A stretch of DNA of 63,675 nucleotides, counting the filler, from Octopus bimaculoides (Eukaryota): the NCBI RefSeq assembly GCF_001194135.2. It is 5 parts of 5 records of this genome, joined end to end, with 100 filler letters (N's around TTAATTAATTAA, not from the genome) between each part and the next. Parts side by side here need not be neighbours in the genome. Positions count along the whole stretch, not along the records: positions 23,874 to 35,479 come from NC_068984.1; positions 35,580 to 45,432 come from NC_068989.1; 3 more parts are not named here. One strand, written 5' to 3'. The first letter of the stretch is position 1; the number at the start of each line of letters is the position of its first letter. The notes beneath the pieces were generated by a model. The model was given only the letters and a program-made list of their open reading frames with translations, made no database searches and was not told where the DNA came from. The position numbers and the translations under genes were made by a program. Of this stretch, positions 26,256-39,480 are shown in pieces.

Positions 26256-26628
26256 CACATACATACATACATACATACATACATGGTGGTTGTCTACTCA
26301 TTAAACAGAGTTTGACCACCTCCTGCACCTACACATTAGCCCTTTCATGGCGTCTGATGTGGCTTTTTAAACCAGACAGTGTTTTGAAAAAACACCCACA
26401 CAGATTGCACCTCTGATTTGCACTACCAATACCTGCAAGTAAGTTCTGCTCATTGTGGATCCTAACATGTCTTTTAAGACCCCCATTGGATTTGCAAACC
26501 CTCTGGCACACACCACATTCAAACGTGTGCACAGACATATAATCAGAATAGCTGGGTGAGGTTTGTTTTCCATGGGTTCGCAGGTGAGATTTGAGGCCAG
26601 CCAAGGACAGACATGGTCTGTCACAGAC
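26256..26628 (-). mobile_element. 5'-truncated LINE 3' end (RTE-like) encoding three C-terminal C2H2 zinc fingers, with a (TATG)n tail
   Basis: CDRPCLSLAGLKSHLRTH, CGVCQRVCKSNGGLKRHVRIH, CNLCGCFFKTLSGLKSHIRRH; TAG at 26329-26331; short 3' UTR then a microsatellite tail at 26256-26284; no TGEKP linkers. Confidence 0.7.
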
Positions 26629-27134
26629 ATACATACATACATACATACATACATACATAATATATATATATATAGGTACATATGCACATATATAGGTACA
26701 TACGCACAGTACATATATGTACATATGCACAGTAAGGCTTCAATCAAACAGAACGACAGACGCTTCTATACTAACGATGTCGGAGAAAAAAGAGAAAGAG
26801 AAGGGAAGTGACCTGAAAAGCTGTTTCGGGGTCGCTTTGCTATATCACAGAAATGCACTCGGATTCATTCCCCAAGGGAAATAGGTACGTTTTCTCGGTA
26901 GAGTAGGCAACAAAGCACGAAATGGTCCCGTTATGAGGCTTCTCTTCCTTTTCTTTTCGCACACACGAATAAATAGTATGGTAAGAATGTGCTTACATTC
27001 TGATTTATACCACAGTAATGCATAAATACATTTATATGTCTATGTATATCTATGTATATACGTCTACATATCTATTCTAACACATATATTTGCACATTCA
27101 CATATATATTAATATATGATTCGGCCTGCAAGAA

Positions 27135-27340
27135 GGCGGCAAGTTGAAAGAATCGTTACCGCGTCGGCCAAACGCTTAACAGCATTAAAACTGTCTTCTC
27201 GTTTGAGTTCGTATTCCGCCGCAGTCGATTTTGCTTTTCACCCTTTGAGGGGCGTATAAAATAGCACTGGAGTCAATGTAATCGACTTACTCCTTCCTCT
27301 GAAATTGCTGGCCTTGTGCAAAAAATTTAAACCAATATAT
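27135..27340 (+). mobile_element. tRNA-derived SINE family A, diverged
   Basis: GGCGGCAAGTTGAAAGAATCGTTA ... GAGTTCGTATTCC head and shared body. Confidence 0.75.
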
Positions 27341-27797
27341 AATTCAGTACACAATTTTGGAAATATCTATTCTTGTATCATACCCTTGCGTTAGTTGTTG
27401 TTGATGATTGTGGTGGTGTGAATCTTTGATGTTGTTTTTGTCATTTTCTTTAATGTTGTTGTCATTGTGATATTAATGTTGTCTTCATTTCTATTCTGCT
27501 TCTTTTCGTTCTTATTCTCCTTTTCTGTATCTTTTTCACTGCAGTGATTAGTTTTAGTATTAACAGTGTTTCAAATATTTATTATAGAAATAGTGATACC
27601 ACATTTTTCATTATTGCTATTTATTTTTTATGATGAAACATTTTTCAGGATAAAATTATTCCTCTTTTGTTTTATTATATTATCTATAAAAAAAAACTTC
27701 ATTATATTATATTATGACTTTCGTAAATTATAATATTCTTCCATTTTATTTTATAATCTTGATAAATTACCTCCAAGTATTATCGCTGTATCTTCCC

Positions 27798-27880
<83 letters not shown>

Positions 27881-29580
27881 AAATATGCAAAATAGTACCA
27901 TTAATTTTTTCTGTATATTTTTGACTCTTCTACGTCCCCCTCTACCTCCTATCTGTTTGTTTATCATTCTATATATTTTCCGCTCGATTTTAAGTAATGA
28001 AGCTGATACCAATTTGACACTAGTTTTATTTTTATCACACACACCAAAAAATGATTTGGAAAGCTAATGTAGAAGAGACTCTTAAGATGATATCATTATT
28101 CTGAGTCGTTGTTAATTCTCAAAAAAGATTTTCCTATAAAATATCATCATACCATTCACAAAATTTAGAACGGGACTCAATTCAAATTACATCTTGTGTT
28201 ATATTGGTTTTCCCATGATTATATTTTAGAATATTCTGTGTATTGTGTCAGTTTAGTTTCAGTTGTCTGCATATCTTATAATTGCCACTTTTAACAGTTA
28301 ATATAACAATTTTCAGTTCTAAATTACCATGTTCATATCAATAATAATAACTCATACACAATATCAAAATTTGTCATCATTATAAAGTTATCCTTCCTAA
28401 TTAACCTAGAAATAGTTCTATTTCGTTTATGTTACTTGTACTAACACGAAATAAATTACACATTAGTCTTTATTTTTACTTGACACAATCTTTGCTACCA
28501 ATGCAGATACTCAAATGAAAACATTGACTGGCTCACACATATACATCCATAAAGTTACACCTTCTTCAATCTTTAAAATCTCATGCTGTACATTTCCTGA
28601 GCCAGCACTACTCTAAACAATAAGCACTCACTTTGCTTGCTTGTTTCTGTATACTTTGGATTTGAAAAATGCACTGTATTTGATTCATTATCTCTCGTGT
28701 CTGATTGCCAATACTTTAAAACATCTAATTGAACGTCACAGTATTTCCACCAGTAATTCCACCAGCATGAGAATACTAACACAAACTTTCCTTTCTGGTT
28801 CAGTGAACAAAACAGAGTAATAGCAGTAGATTTGTTCAATGGTGACAAATGGTCAAATTTTAAAAAAATTGATAAACTGAATCATAAATCCTTTCTTCTT
28901 AAGCCAATATTAACATATAAGTATCTTCGCTACACATGGTTAAGTTATTGATCAATATAATTTTTCTCTTCATACATATTTTCCATAATGTCAGATTCTA
29001 TACATTGAGAAGGAAATCAAATCACTTTCTCTGGAAAAAGAAAACGCCTGAGAAGTGGTCATGGTTTTGCCTTTTACTGGCGAAAAATATTTAAAGAGCA
29101 ACATTAAATAGGTTGTGAAGATGATTACATTGAAATTATATCGAATTAAGAAGAATTCCAAGGTATAAAATGCTGACAAATGAAGTCTTACAAAACTGTA
29201 TTCTATAATATAGTATCATTAAACGAATTGCTACGTTTACGAAATAATATACGAGAAAAATGGAAACTGACAGCTTGTGTTGAGGAAATTCTGTATATAA
29301 AGCATAATAAGAAATTACAACATGTGCTGCACGAAAGCAACTTCATCTATGCATTAATAAACATGCATTCCAACTTTGAAAGCAAAATAGGATTCTTAGG
29401 GGATAAGAAGGATCAATAATCTTATGTAATCCAAGTGTGTGGATTCTATCAAGCAATCCGTAAAACCTATATCGACTTTTTCTTCAAAGAATGCATTGAA
29501 GACATGTGGAACATGCAAAGAAGCAGCACGATATTTCAAAGAATTACATTTATCAGAAAAATGCAATATTACTTCTCTAA

Positions 29581-29697
29581 GTATTGTGCTAAGGGGAGGT
29601 TGGGAAATAGACTAAAACTGTATTGTGCTAAGGGAAGGTTTGGGAATAGACTAAAACTGTATTGTGCTAAGGGGAGGTTGGGGAATAGACTAAAACT
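29581..29697. repeat. 39-bp tandem repeat, three copies
   Basis: GTATTGTGCTAAGGGGAGGTTGGGAAATAGACTAAAACT at 29581, 29620 and 29659. Confidence 0.92.
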
Positions 29698-29852
29698 ATC
29701 GAACTAGATACATATAAAAGTGACGCCAGCTTACAAATTATAGAACGAAAATAGAAGTATTCAGTAATCTATTGCAGCTTTCTCACAAAAACCTCCATGT
29801 CATTATTGTGTAGCAAATAAAGTCAGTCTTCTGCAGATAAACTATCGTAGCA

Positions 29853-29895
<43 letters not shown>

Positions 29896-29902
29896 TATGT
29901 GT

Positions 29903-29946
<44 letters not shown>

Positions 29947-31839
29947 CTTAATCAGAAGAGAAAAGGCAGCGTCCATACTTTTTCAATGACTACGATTCCG
30001 GGGAATGAAATTGTCGTTAGTTTGAAACCTACATGAAATATTTGCGATTGTGTGTATTCTTTCGCTAAATGCATATAACAGTCAACGGTAAGCGTTACAT
30101 CGAACGATGGATAAATTCTACTCACTCGGAAAAAACTGCCCTACGAAAAAACTGCCCTCCTGTGAGGTCTACCACATGTCACAAAAGATTTTTGTCAATT
30201 TTATTTTATGGTAAAAGAAAAGATACTAGCTGTGCAATTTAATGATGGATTTAGCATTTTAAGTACTCATCAATGGATGTAGCCACATTGCTCTAACCTG
30301 AACTCACAGGCCTATGAATTTCCATGTTTTTCTACAATTCATTTTTTTAACATGAGTGTCTTAGAATTTCACAAATTAAAGATTCAGTACATACCTGATG
30401 TCAAGATATTTTAACCATAACTCAAGAGTCTAGTAAAGATATATCCAGTGTTCCTGATGTCTGTAGTGTAATTTTAACACTATGTTATTGAAATATTTTC
30501 TACAGTACATACATTTTGATATGTTAATCATCTGTTTTTGTTCAAAGTAATACTTCATCACAACACTTTGAAGAAAATGCGTGCACTATATGTATTTATT
30601 AAGTTCTAAACTTGTTAATATCTAAAGAAGATTGCATAGTAATCACTATGAAGATTGTATGATATTCCATAAAATACGTAAATTTGATAAATGACCTATT
30701 TATCAAAGAAAATTTATGGTATCAGATGTTTTCAGCTTTACTTTAAAGTTAGTAAAGAACATGCTAAATTACTAGTTAATGTGAACGGATCCACGAGAGG
30801 TCGACGAACCTGCAACAATATATACCCACATCAGCTCATACTTTCACATTACCGCTTTAAACTGTAAAGATAAATTGGACGATGTAGTCATAAATATATT
30901 TTAGACAATCGAGTGAGGTGGTGATGGAAAGAATGCTTTCATCATAGGCTGGCTCCGTAAGTCCTGCCGTAGGGGTTAAGATCAGTAAACATGCGATTTC
31001 AGCTACAAGTAGCTTACTATTTACCACCAAATGTAGAGGTTTCTTTTTAAAACTATTAAGTAGATCTATCGAAGTAATTGGATCAAATTCATTAGCAATT
31101 AGGACGGTGAGAGAGTAATAAAGATTAAATTATTACCGAGTTAAAACTAAGTACTGTGGAAGGAAAGAAATAATAAACATTTCAATTAGTACTATGCAAC
31201 AAAGTGCTAGTATTCAGGATTAGTGAAATACACAAAAACATATATGTATACATACATATCTATGCATGCATGTGCACATAAATACCCAAGCATGAATATG
31301 CACACGCACGCACACATTCAAACCTGATCGAAAGTACAACTCCTCTAACCTCATGTAATCGCCTCCGGCATTAAATGATAGTGCTTCAGACATTACGGAA
31401 TCATTATATGCCAATACGGTTAAGAAGCCAACAATACGGCTGAAATCATGTACCTCAGAGATATGTTCTGCATACAATATATATATACACCTACACATAG
31501 AGTATACAAATTATTGGTTTGTATGGCTCTTGGTTGTTTGTAAACATTAAACATTCCCAGGTGTGTACTAATTACATTTATAATCTCAAATGGTCGACGT
31601 TATTTCATCTCTTAATATGGTAAATATGAGAACCTACAGTATTACGCTATGCATTTGCTTAATCAGCTACTTTGAATACATGTACAGATATAATACATAT
31701 ATGACTATCTATCTATATGTATCTATCTATACACTTATCTATCTATCTATCTATCTATCTATATGCTGATCTATTTATCTATCTATCTATCTATGGATGT
31801 ATCTATGTATGTATGTATCGATCTATCTGTCTCTATCTC

Positions 31840-31872
<33 letters not shown>

Positions 31873-31888
31873 NNNNNNNNNNNNNNNN

Positions 31889-31944
<56 letters not shown>

Positions 31945-34013
31945 ACATGCATACATAACCCGCCCCGATATCTATTTATCTATATACATATGTATATTGT
32001 ATAAATATACATATGTGTGCGTGTGTATGCGTGTGTGTGCGTGCGTGTGTGTGTACGTACGTACGTACGTATGTATGTAAGTATGTATATATATGTATTA
32101 ATTAATGTAATTATGTATGTATGTATCCATTATCTGATATGCAGCCGTTTGTGATTAGCAAATTCGTTATAGTTTTGGAGGAAATTCCTTGTTGCATTTA
32201 ATTACGTCGTTCACACTCTGTGTTAAAGTCTCACACTCTACATATTTACTAGAGATTATAACAGTACTTATTCATGCAGTGTGGACGATTTAGTGGTCTT
32301 CTGAATCCTACAAAATCCAAACTGCATTATAATAAGCATTCATAAAACCAAGAGTTCGATGAAGGGTGTATCGTTAGCTAAAATTTGGCACTCTAACTGT
32401 TGAGGTACAAGTATTGAGTAGATAATTGTATATGTCGTGGGAACAAGATCTGGAATTTGGAGAGGGTTTTGATGATATCATCGACCTAGTGATTGACGTA
32501 CTTCATTGACTTGATCCAAAAATGAGGAATGGCACGGTTGAACTCGGTGGCTTAAAGACTGACTGGTAGCAAATAATGTAACACACGCTTTTCTGACGCG
32601 CTAACGATCTAGCTCGCTAGTCGACTTCTATTGAAGAAACTATGAAGCGTTATGGCAAAGCTAAACAATAGCCCGTTCCAGTCGCCAGTTTTAAATTCCC
32701 TACTCAGAATCACTAACACAGGAAAACACATTTGATTATGAGTATTCGTATATGTCGTTCAGCCGGCGTTATATTTAATTGATTTTGATTTACATAAATT
32801 CAATAACGTTTCACTCCCTGTTGATTTTCTAAAGGAAAAATGAATTTTGAGAGCAGCTGTTACAACTAGACGTGTTATAATTGGTAAACATATGTATTAT
32901 GTAGATTTACACACAACCATGCACTTGTGTTTCATACATATGCACTTACTACATATACGCACATATGTGAGTGTTAATGTGCATCAGTAAGTGTATGAGT
33001 GTAAGTATGTGTTTGTGTCCGTATAAGTGTGCATGTTTAAGGATCTTAAGAATTCTAGGCATGCCAATGCTTGATACAGAGGTATTCGAGTCAAAAATAT
33101 AGGAACAAAATATTGGAATATTGGTAGGTAACTAATCAAACAATTTCTAACGTTTCCTCGATATGAATATGGCATGTTTGTGATGGAGTAATATGTCTTT
33201 TACATTAATAAATTTATATGCCTACGGTGAAAGTGCTGTGTGAGGATTTTGGTTGGTACAGTACTTGGTATTTCTCCCCAAATAATTTATCAGATAGCTA
33301 TTACAGCAAAGTCATAGGCAGCAAATCACCTCATAACTTGTTTAACTGAGAATCATAAAAAAAACAGCTTTTACTAATTAACGAGATTTTGCAAGCACTT
33401 CAAAATAATTAGTCTCCAAACACAAATGGTACAATAAACATAAAAAAGAGTGTAATAACACTGTTGAATATAAGTGCTAGACTAACAACAATACTTCGAA
33501 ACAATTCAAAATTGTGTTTAAAGAAGTACTCCCCATAGTATATGTTCTTTAAAATGGCATTTGCCATCAGAAAAAATGAAGCATCCATTATATAAAGTAG
33601 TGTCAGATGCACAATATCTGAAGTAAAATATGGAGTGGTCATGTGTGGAATGCATTTCAGCATAGGGTCTTTCATCAAGAGCTATGTGATACTGAAACGC
33701 AATAACGAATAATATACCGAATGAACGAAGACAATAGTAATATCTCGTTGAAGGGAGAACACCGACGCTCACACTTACATATATAACAATAGAGAGTCAA
33801 AGAATGAAACAGAGCACACAGTTAGCTCCGCGTCTAGGGAACGGCTCTCGAAACAGACGGTGTGTTAGACTAGGATGTAAACTCACCGCCGTACTGAAAT
33901 TCAAGTAAACCCAACAGTGGAGAATATGTATAAAAATTAACCAGATACGAGAACTGAATCACCATAAAATATTTTGAAGTGAAGTCTGTTCGTTACGTTA
34001 CAGCACAGACATA

Positions 34014-34205
34014 TGAGCGGCTGCTGAAAAGTTTCTGGCTTTGGGAAAAAAATACAATAGGATCAGTTAGTTATGATTTTATTCAACATATTTCCTTCTC
34101 AGATTCACACACTTATTGCAGTAGTCCTCCAGGTTTTCTAAACCCTCTAAAAGAACTCAGAATGTTGTTGTGCCTCAAACTAGACCTTTCACGACAAGCT
34201 TAAAA
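34014..34205 (+). mobile_element. Mariner-type MITE fragment (same family as 59254-59479 and 59526-59707)
   Basis: TA|TGAGCGGCTGCTGAAAAGTTTCTGGCTTTGGG end and shared interior. Confidence 0.7.
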
Positions 34206-34213
34206 CTAGGAAC

Positions 34214-34257
<44 letters not shown>

Positions 34258-34449
34258 TACCCCTCGTATATATATATATGTGCGCGCGTGTGTGTGTGAG
34301 TGTGTATGTGTATAGATATATATATCCATCCATCCAGTCATCCATCCATCCATCTATACATGCATACGTTATATATATGCCAGAGATGATGAACGTTTTC
34401 TTAAGTAACTAACGCAGATTACGAATCAGCTGTCAAAATATATGTACTT

Positions 34450-34488
<39 letters not shown>

Positions 34489-35802
34489 TGTGTGCGTGTG
34501 TGCGTGTGTTTGTCCGTGTGTGGGATCTTGATCGAGGAGGCTATTACATTAAAGCTTTTCTATGGAGCTTTCCGGCTCTTGAAAGAGGAAAATTCTAGAT
34601 AACATGACAAACGTGAGGCAATGGCCGATTGACGAAGAGAAACTATAATCGGAGCTGTTTGTCGCTAATCATACCCTACACTTGTTATACCTATATCAAA
34701 CCTTATTGTATTATTCTTTCTGTATGAGGAAGATTAGTGCTTCTTTTATCCGAACCAGTCTTCTATACATCCATAGAAATACGCATACATTAACGCGCAC
34801 ACCCTCACACACACACACGCATATATGTATGTATGAATGTATGTATGTGTATATATATATATATATATCTTTTTTTATATATACATGCATACATTCACAG
34901 ACACATTAATCTTACTCTTGTCTGTGAGATAGTAATATATCTTATCAACTCTTACGTAAATTGCATGAAAAAGATTTAGACCAACTATTTATAAAATAAA
35001 TAATTCTCTTTTTCCTAATCATGAATTCTATAGGAGCAGTGTGTGTAATAAATTTCGATGAAATCAGTTTTCTATCAAACCATACATCCTCGCACAGAAT
35101 TCCGTAATATTTATGGTTTCTTATTACTAAGCTTCCAAATTTAGTGCTATAACTACAGTTTATTTTTCTCACTTACCGTCACAGTGTTCAGGCTGCAAGA
35201 CAAAATATTTAAGCAATAATTACTAAGTAAAGATTAGTTTTCTTCAAAGAAATTGATACGCTAAGAGATATATGTATAACAACGAAAATCGATGTCCCGT
35301 ATAAACACCGTATGCACAAATTTTATTCACACTGATGGAGCATAGTATATAAATGTGTGAATGTGTGTGTGTGTGTGTTTGTGTGTGTGTCTGTTCTATG
35401 TATGTGTGTGTGCTATGTGTGTATGTGTGATTGTGTGCGTATGTGCAAACGCATGCATGTAGAAATATATATATATATANNNNNNNNNNNNNNNNNNNNN
35501 NNNNNNNNNNNNNNNNNNNNNNNTTAATTAATTAANNNNNNNNNNNNNNNNNNNNNNNNNNNNNNNNNNNNNNNNNNNNATCACCAGTAGTAGCATTGGT
35601 GGAACGCAGTTATGATAGCTTTAAGGAGCTATGAAATATCATAATGATGCTTAATGAGCATCTAGCTGCTAGAAATAAGAGCCAAGTCTTAAATAATCCA
35701 CCATAGCGCACCAATATAACAGAGAAAAACAGTATGCGAGGAAAACAGACCGAATTAAAACATTTAACAACACAAATAAAAATATTATGCAATTACGGAT
35801 AT

Positions 35803-35856
35803 CCACAAACCAGGTTTCTGCTTTTGGTTATTCAACCTTGAGCTTCGTCAGTGTGG
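35803..35856 (-). ncRNA. Minimal type-I hammerhead ribozyme-like motif downstream of the Penelope-like ORF
   Basis: Minus strand: CCACA-CTGACGA-A-GC(TCAA)GGTT-GAAT-AACC(AAAA)GC-A-GAAA-CC-T-GG-T-T-TGTGG. 5-bp stem I, conserved core, interrupted stem II, near-palindromic stem III (ACCTGGT), GUU triplet. Confidence 0.6.
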
Positions 35857-36039
35857 ACCACCAGTTTAAATTCATGACTGTTCACGTTAGTCTCTGACTG
35901 TGCAACTGGTTTTGTTTTGCGCCAATATATACATACATACATATACATACAGACATATAAATATACACACACACACACATATATATACACATACATACAC
36001 ACAGTTAGCTAAACATATTATATAAATAATGTACTTTAT

Positions 36040-36470
36040 GTCTACATTTAATTTTACGTTCATCAAGAGAATTAATTAAAGTATTATTATTATTTAATAA
36101 TATCTCCTTAAATTCATTAGTACACAACTTACAAAAAATTATTACCTATACGATAGGATTTCGCCTTACAAACTATCTCCCAATGTAAAATGAACTTAAT
36201 ATTTTTAGATTTAAGTTCCCAAATATATTTACTAAGGCCAGTAGAATTAATTAAATTTCTATTCTTAAAGGAATGTATGTGCTGAGTCACCCGTAATTTA
36301 ATTTTATTAGAATTCGATCCTATGTAAAACTTATTTAAATTATAGCCATTAAATTTATTCCCGTCCATTAAAGTCACTATACTTTTATACACGACATCCT
36401 TCAAATTACATTTATCATTAAATTTACATTTAGTCTTTTCTCTACATGTACAATTAATTACATCCTGGTC

Positions 36471-36507
<37 letters not shown>

Positions 36508-37110
36508 GAATAAGTATTTAATTTATATTTGTAGTACTTATTTAACTTAAATCTTTTAAAAGAAGAGATAATGTTACCAACATTATTAGTAGTAGAATAA
36601 CCTACACCCAAATTATTACTAGAAAAGATATATTTTTTATTATCTCTAAGGAATATATCCATTACGTTTAAAATTTCTGTAATAATGTTAGTTTTAACTT
36701 GAACGCCGTATGGAATGATTAGCCAAAGTTTGTTCTTATTATAGATATTATTATATTTATCATTTATATTATTAGATTTATTATTATCATTAAATGAATT
36801 AAATTTAAATCTATTATTGTGTCCATTACAATTATGTTTATGTTTATGTAATTTATTATCATAATACCTATTATTGTTATTTTAATTACCTAAATAGACC
36901 TTATCATAATTATAAAGGTTATGTTTATTAAATGGATCATTAATATTATAATCATTACTATTGAAATTATAATTATACTTCGGATTATTAAAAAATCGAA
37001 TATCATTAGTATATCCCACCTCACGAAGGGCTTTATTGTAATAAGATGCATGTTTTTCGAAGATCTCTAAATTGGATGAAAGAGTGTTCAGTGATGTCAC
37101 TCCCAGAAAT
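36040..37110 (-). mobile_element. Penelope-like element 3' part: RT thumb/linker and GIY-YIG endonuclease, disrupted
   Basis: YYNKALREVGY; CTCREKTKCKFNDKC cysteine cluster; VVYK...FYIG (GIY-YIG variant); HIHSF; STGLSKYIWELK; WEIV. Asn-rich insertions and stops; 5'-truncated near 37110. Confidence 0.9.
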
Positions 37111-37913
37111 TGGAAGTATTTTTTTATGAACCTAATGAATATAAACTTAAAGAAACATGGCTATAAAGGCAACATTTCCTTGTCAGTCATGCCAGCCTAG
37201 TGGGAGTGAGTGACCTCACACGTGATAATGTAGAGTTCCTGTCTCATATACCTCCTCGCTGTGGTTTGTGCTAAGTACTACTCAGTGACTTCATGCATGA
37301 TACATGCAGAGTTCTTGTCTTGTCTACCTCCTCACTGCGGTCTGCACTACATCCTACTCAGTTAACTGTAGTCGTGACTAAGTTCATAGTGACTTGTGAG
37401 ATTGTAAGTCTGAGTTAGTTATAGCATTATTTGAAAGCGTACTTTCACCAGTGCCTGCGTTGTTTTGCAGACTTCCTTTTTATCACTGAGACTTAATGAG
37501 TAACAATGATTGAATTCATTGCTACTCTGTTAGGCCTACTGCACATTGTTCCACATAAAACGGTCTTAGATAGGACACGATCAATCAGCATCCGAAACCA
37601 TGTTCTTGGAATCTTGGTCATGTTTTGATTGAAAACCGTCAATATTTGACATTATTTCTATATTAATTGGGTAATGATAAATAATAGTATTAATTACAGA
37701 AAAGATTATTACAAATCTAGATGATATTTGTTCTCGAATGGTAGTGACAATTGCCGAATTCAAGACCAAGAATATGGTTTTGGATGCAGGTTTATCACAT
37801 CTTGTCTGAGATCGTTTTTGCTGAGTCAGTGTGTGGCTAGCCTTACTAATTCATTATCATCCTTTTATCTTTTATTGGTATTCCAGAATAAAAACAATTT
37901 TCAACCCATAAGT

Positions 37914-39480
37914 ATGTCAAAGAAATTGAAATGAACTTTGAAAGAAGAAAATAGGATCTTCAACGAAGAATGGGAGTTACAATATTTTTTAGTGAATAGT
38001 GGAGGCAAAATGTCTTGTTTGCTTTGTGATACTGCAGTAGCAATGGTTAAGAAATTCAATGCACAGCAGCATTGTGCTCTTCATAAAGACAATAAATATG
38101 CCAAATTAGAGGGTGAGTCTCAAAAGATAGCACTGCAGAAACTGAAAGATGGAAAACAGAAGCAAAGATAATTTTTCCATTCAGAGTTACATCAAGGGAA
38201 TGGTGTGACAGAAGCCAGCTATAAAGTTGTATATTTTGCTTGGAAAAAAAGGTAAACCATTCATCGATTCAGAATTCATAAAGGAATGTATTTTAGAAGT
38301 GGTAAGATGTATAGACCCAGATAAAGTTAACAAATATAAGGTGACTCTTTCAAGAAAAACTAATGCAGATTGACAGCATGAATTGACATATGATGTAACA
38401 GAGCAGCTGAAAAATATAATCCAAAAAGAAAATGTATATTATTCAGTAGCTCTGGATGAATCGACAAATTCCACTGATACTGAATCAGCACAGGTATTGT
38501 ATTTTATTCGTGCTATAACTGATTATTTTCAATTATATGAAGCATTGCTTGCTTTAGGCACCCTTAAAGGAAGGACGCCATGGGGGATAGATATTTTTAA
38601 CAACTTCAAAGAGCAATTCCAAAAAGTAGGACTAAATATTAGTAACTTGGTAAGTGTGTGCACGGATGGTGCTCCAGCTATGATGGTTAAGAATGAAGGA
38701 TTTATTGCACATTTTAAAAGAGAAACCAAAGATCCAAGTGAACTGATTTCTTTTCATTGTATTTTACATCAGCAAAATCTCTGTGCAAAATCTGCCATTT
38801 TAAATGACACTTTGCATAAGGTTATAAGTATTGTAAACTATATTCAAGCAAATGCCACAAAGCATCATCAATTTAGATTCCTGCTGATGATGGATGATGA
38901 AGTAATTAGTGCAGATTTGCCTTATCACTCAAAAGTATGCTGGCTGTCACAAGGGAAAGTATTGGTCAAAATTGTATCTTTACGAAAGCAAACAATTGAC
39001 TTTTTCAAAAGAAACAACAAAAATTGTGATTTATCAGATCCAAACTTTTACAGAGATGTTGCATTTTTATGTGATATTATATCTAAACAAAACTTTCCCC
39101 AGTTTACAAAGGTAATGAGTGAAAGTGAAGTCAATTTTAGACTCATTAGTAGAAGAATACAACAAAAGATTCAGTGATTTGCTTTGTGATACTGCAATTG
39201 TAACAGTTAAGAAATTCAATGCGAAGCAGCATTATGCTCTTCATAAAGACAATAAATATGCCAAATTAGAGGGTGAGTCTCGAAAGATAGCACGGCAGAA
39301 ACTGAAATACGGAAAACAAAAGCAAAGACAATTTTTCCATTCTGTGTTACATCAAGGGAATGGTGCAACAGAAGCCAGCTATAAAGTTGCATATTTGCTT
39401 GGAAAAAAAGGTAAACCATTCATCGATTCAGAACTCATAAAGGAATGTATTTTAGAAGTGGTAAGATGTATAGATCCAGA
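37914..39480 (+). mobile_element. hAT (SPIN/Charlie-like) transposase pseudogene, 5' part plus internal duplication
   Basis: RIFNEEW, CLLC BED-like finger, SVALDEST, VCTDGAPAM, FHCILHQQNLC, VCWLSQG; stops and a frameshift; 39178-39480 duplicates 38018-38321. Confidence 0.92.

Noticed and set aside
26329-26730. Host C2H2 zinc-finger gene (133-aa ORF)
   Set aside because: The N-terminal part is translated microsatellite, linkers are not TGEKP-type, and the UTR plus microsatellite tail fit a LINE 3' end better.
28501-28610. MQI...KTLTG ubiquitin-like start
   Set aside because: Needs a frameshift and similarity ends after about 10 residues.
28573-28848. Minus-strand ORF with SCWWNY, resembling the CCW end of a Kv T1 domain, and a GTGAGT donor near 28630
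   Set aside because: No EYFFDR/ELxFWG motifs, upstream stops, and the donor phase (1) does not fit the phase-0 acceptor at 20538.
33409-33772. Overlapping minus-strand ORFs with GEYFF / HILWGV and hydrophobic runs (T1-like or 7TM-like)
   Set aside because: The motifs fall in different frames on the same bases, flanks do not match T1, and hydrophobicity is expected from AT-rich DNA.
34625-34660. CCGAT-TGACGA-AGA-GAAA...ATCGG hammerhead-like motif
   Set aside because: No stem II and one core nucleotide missing.
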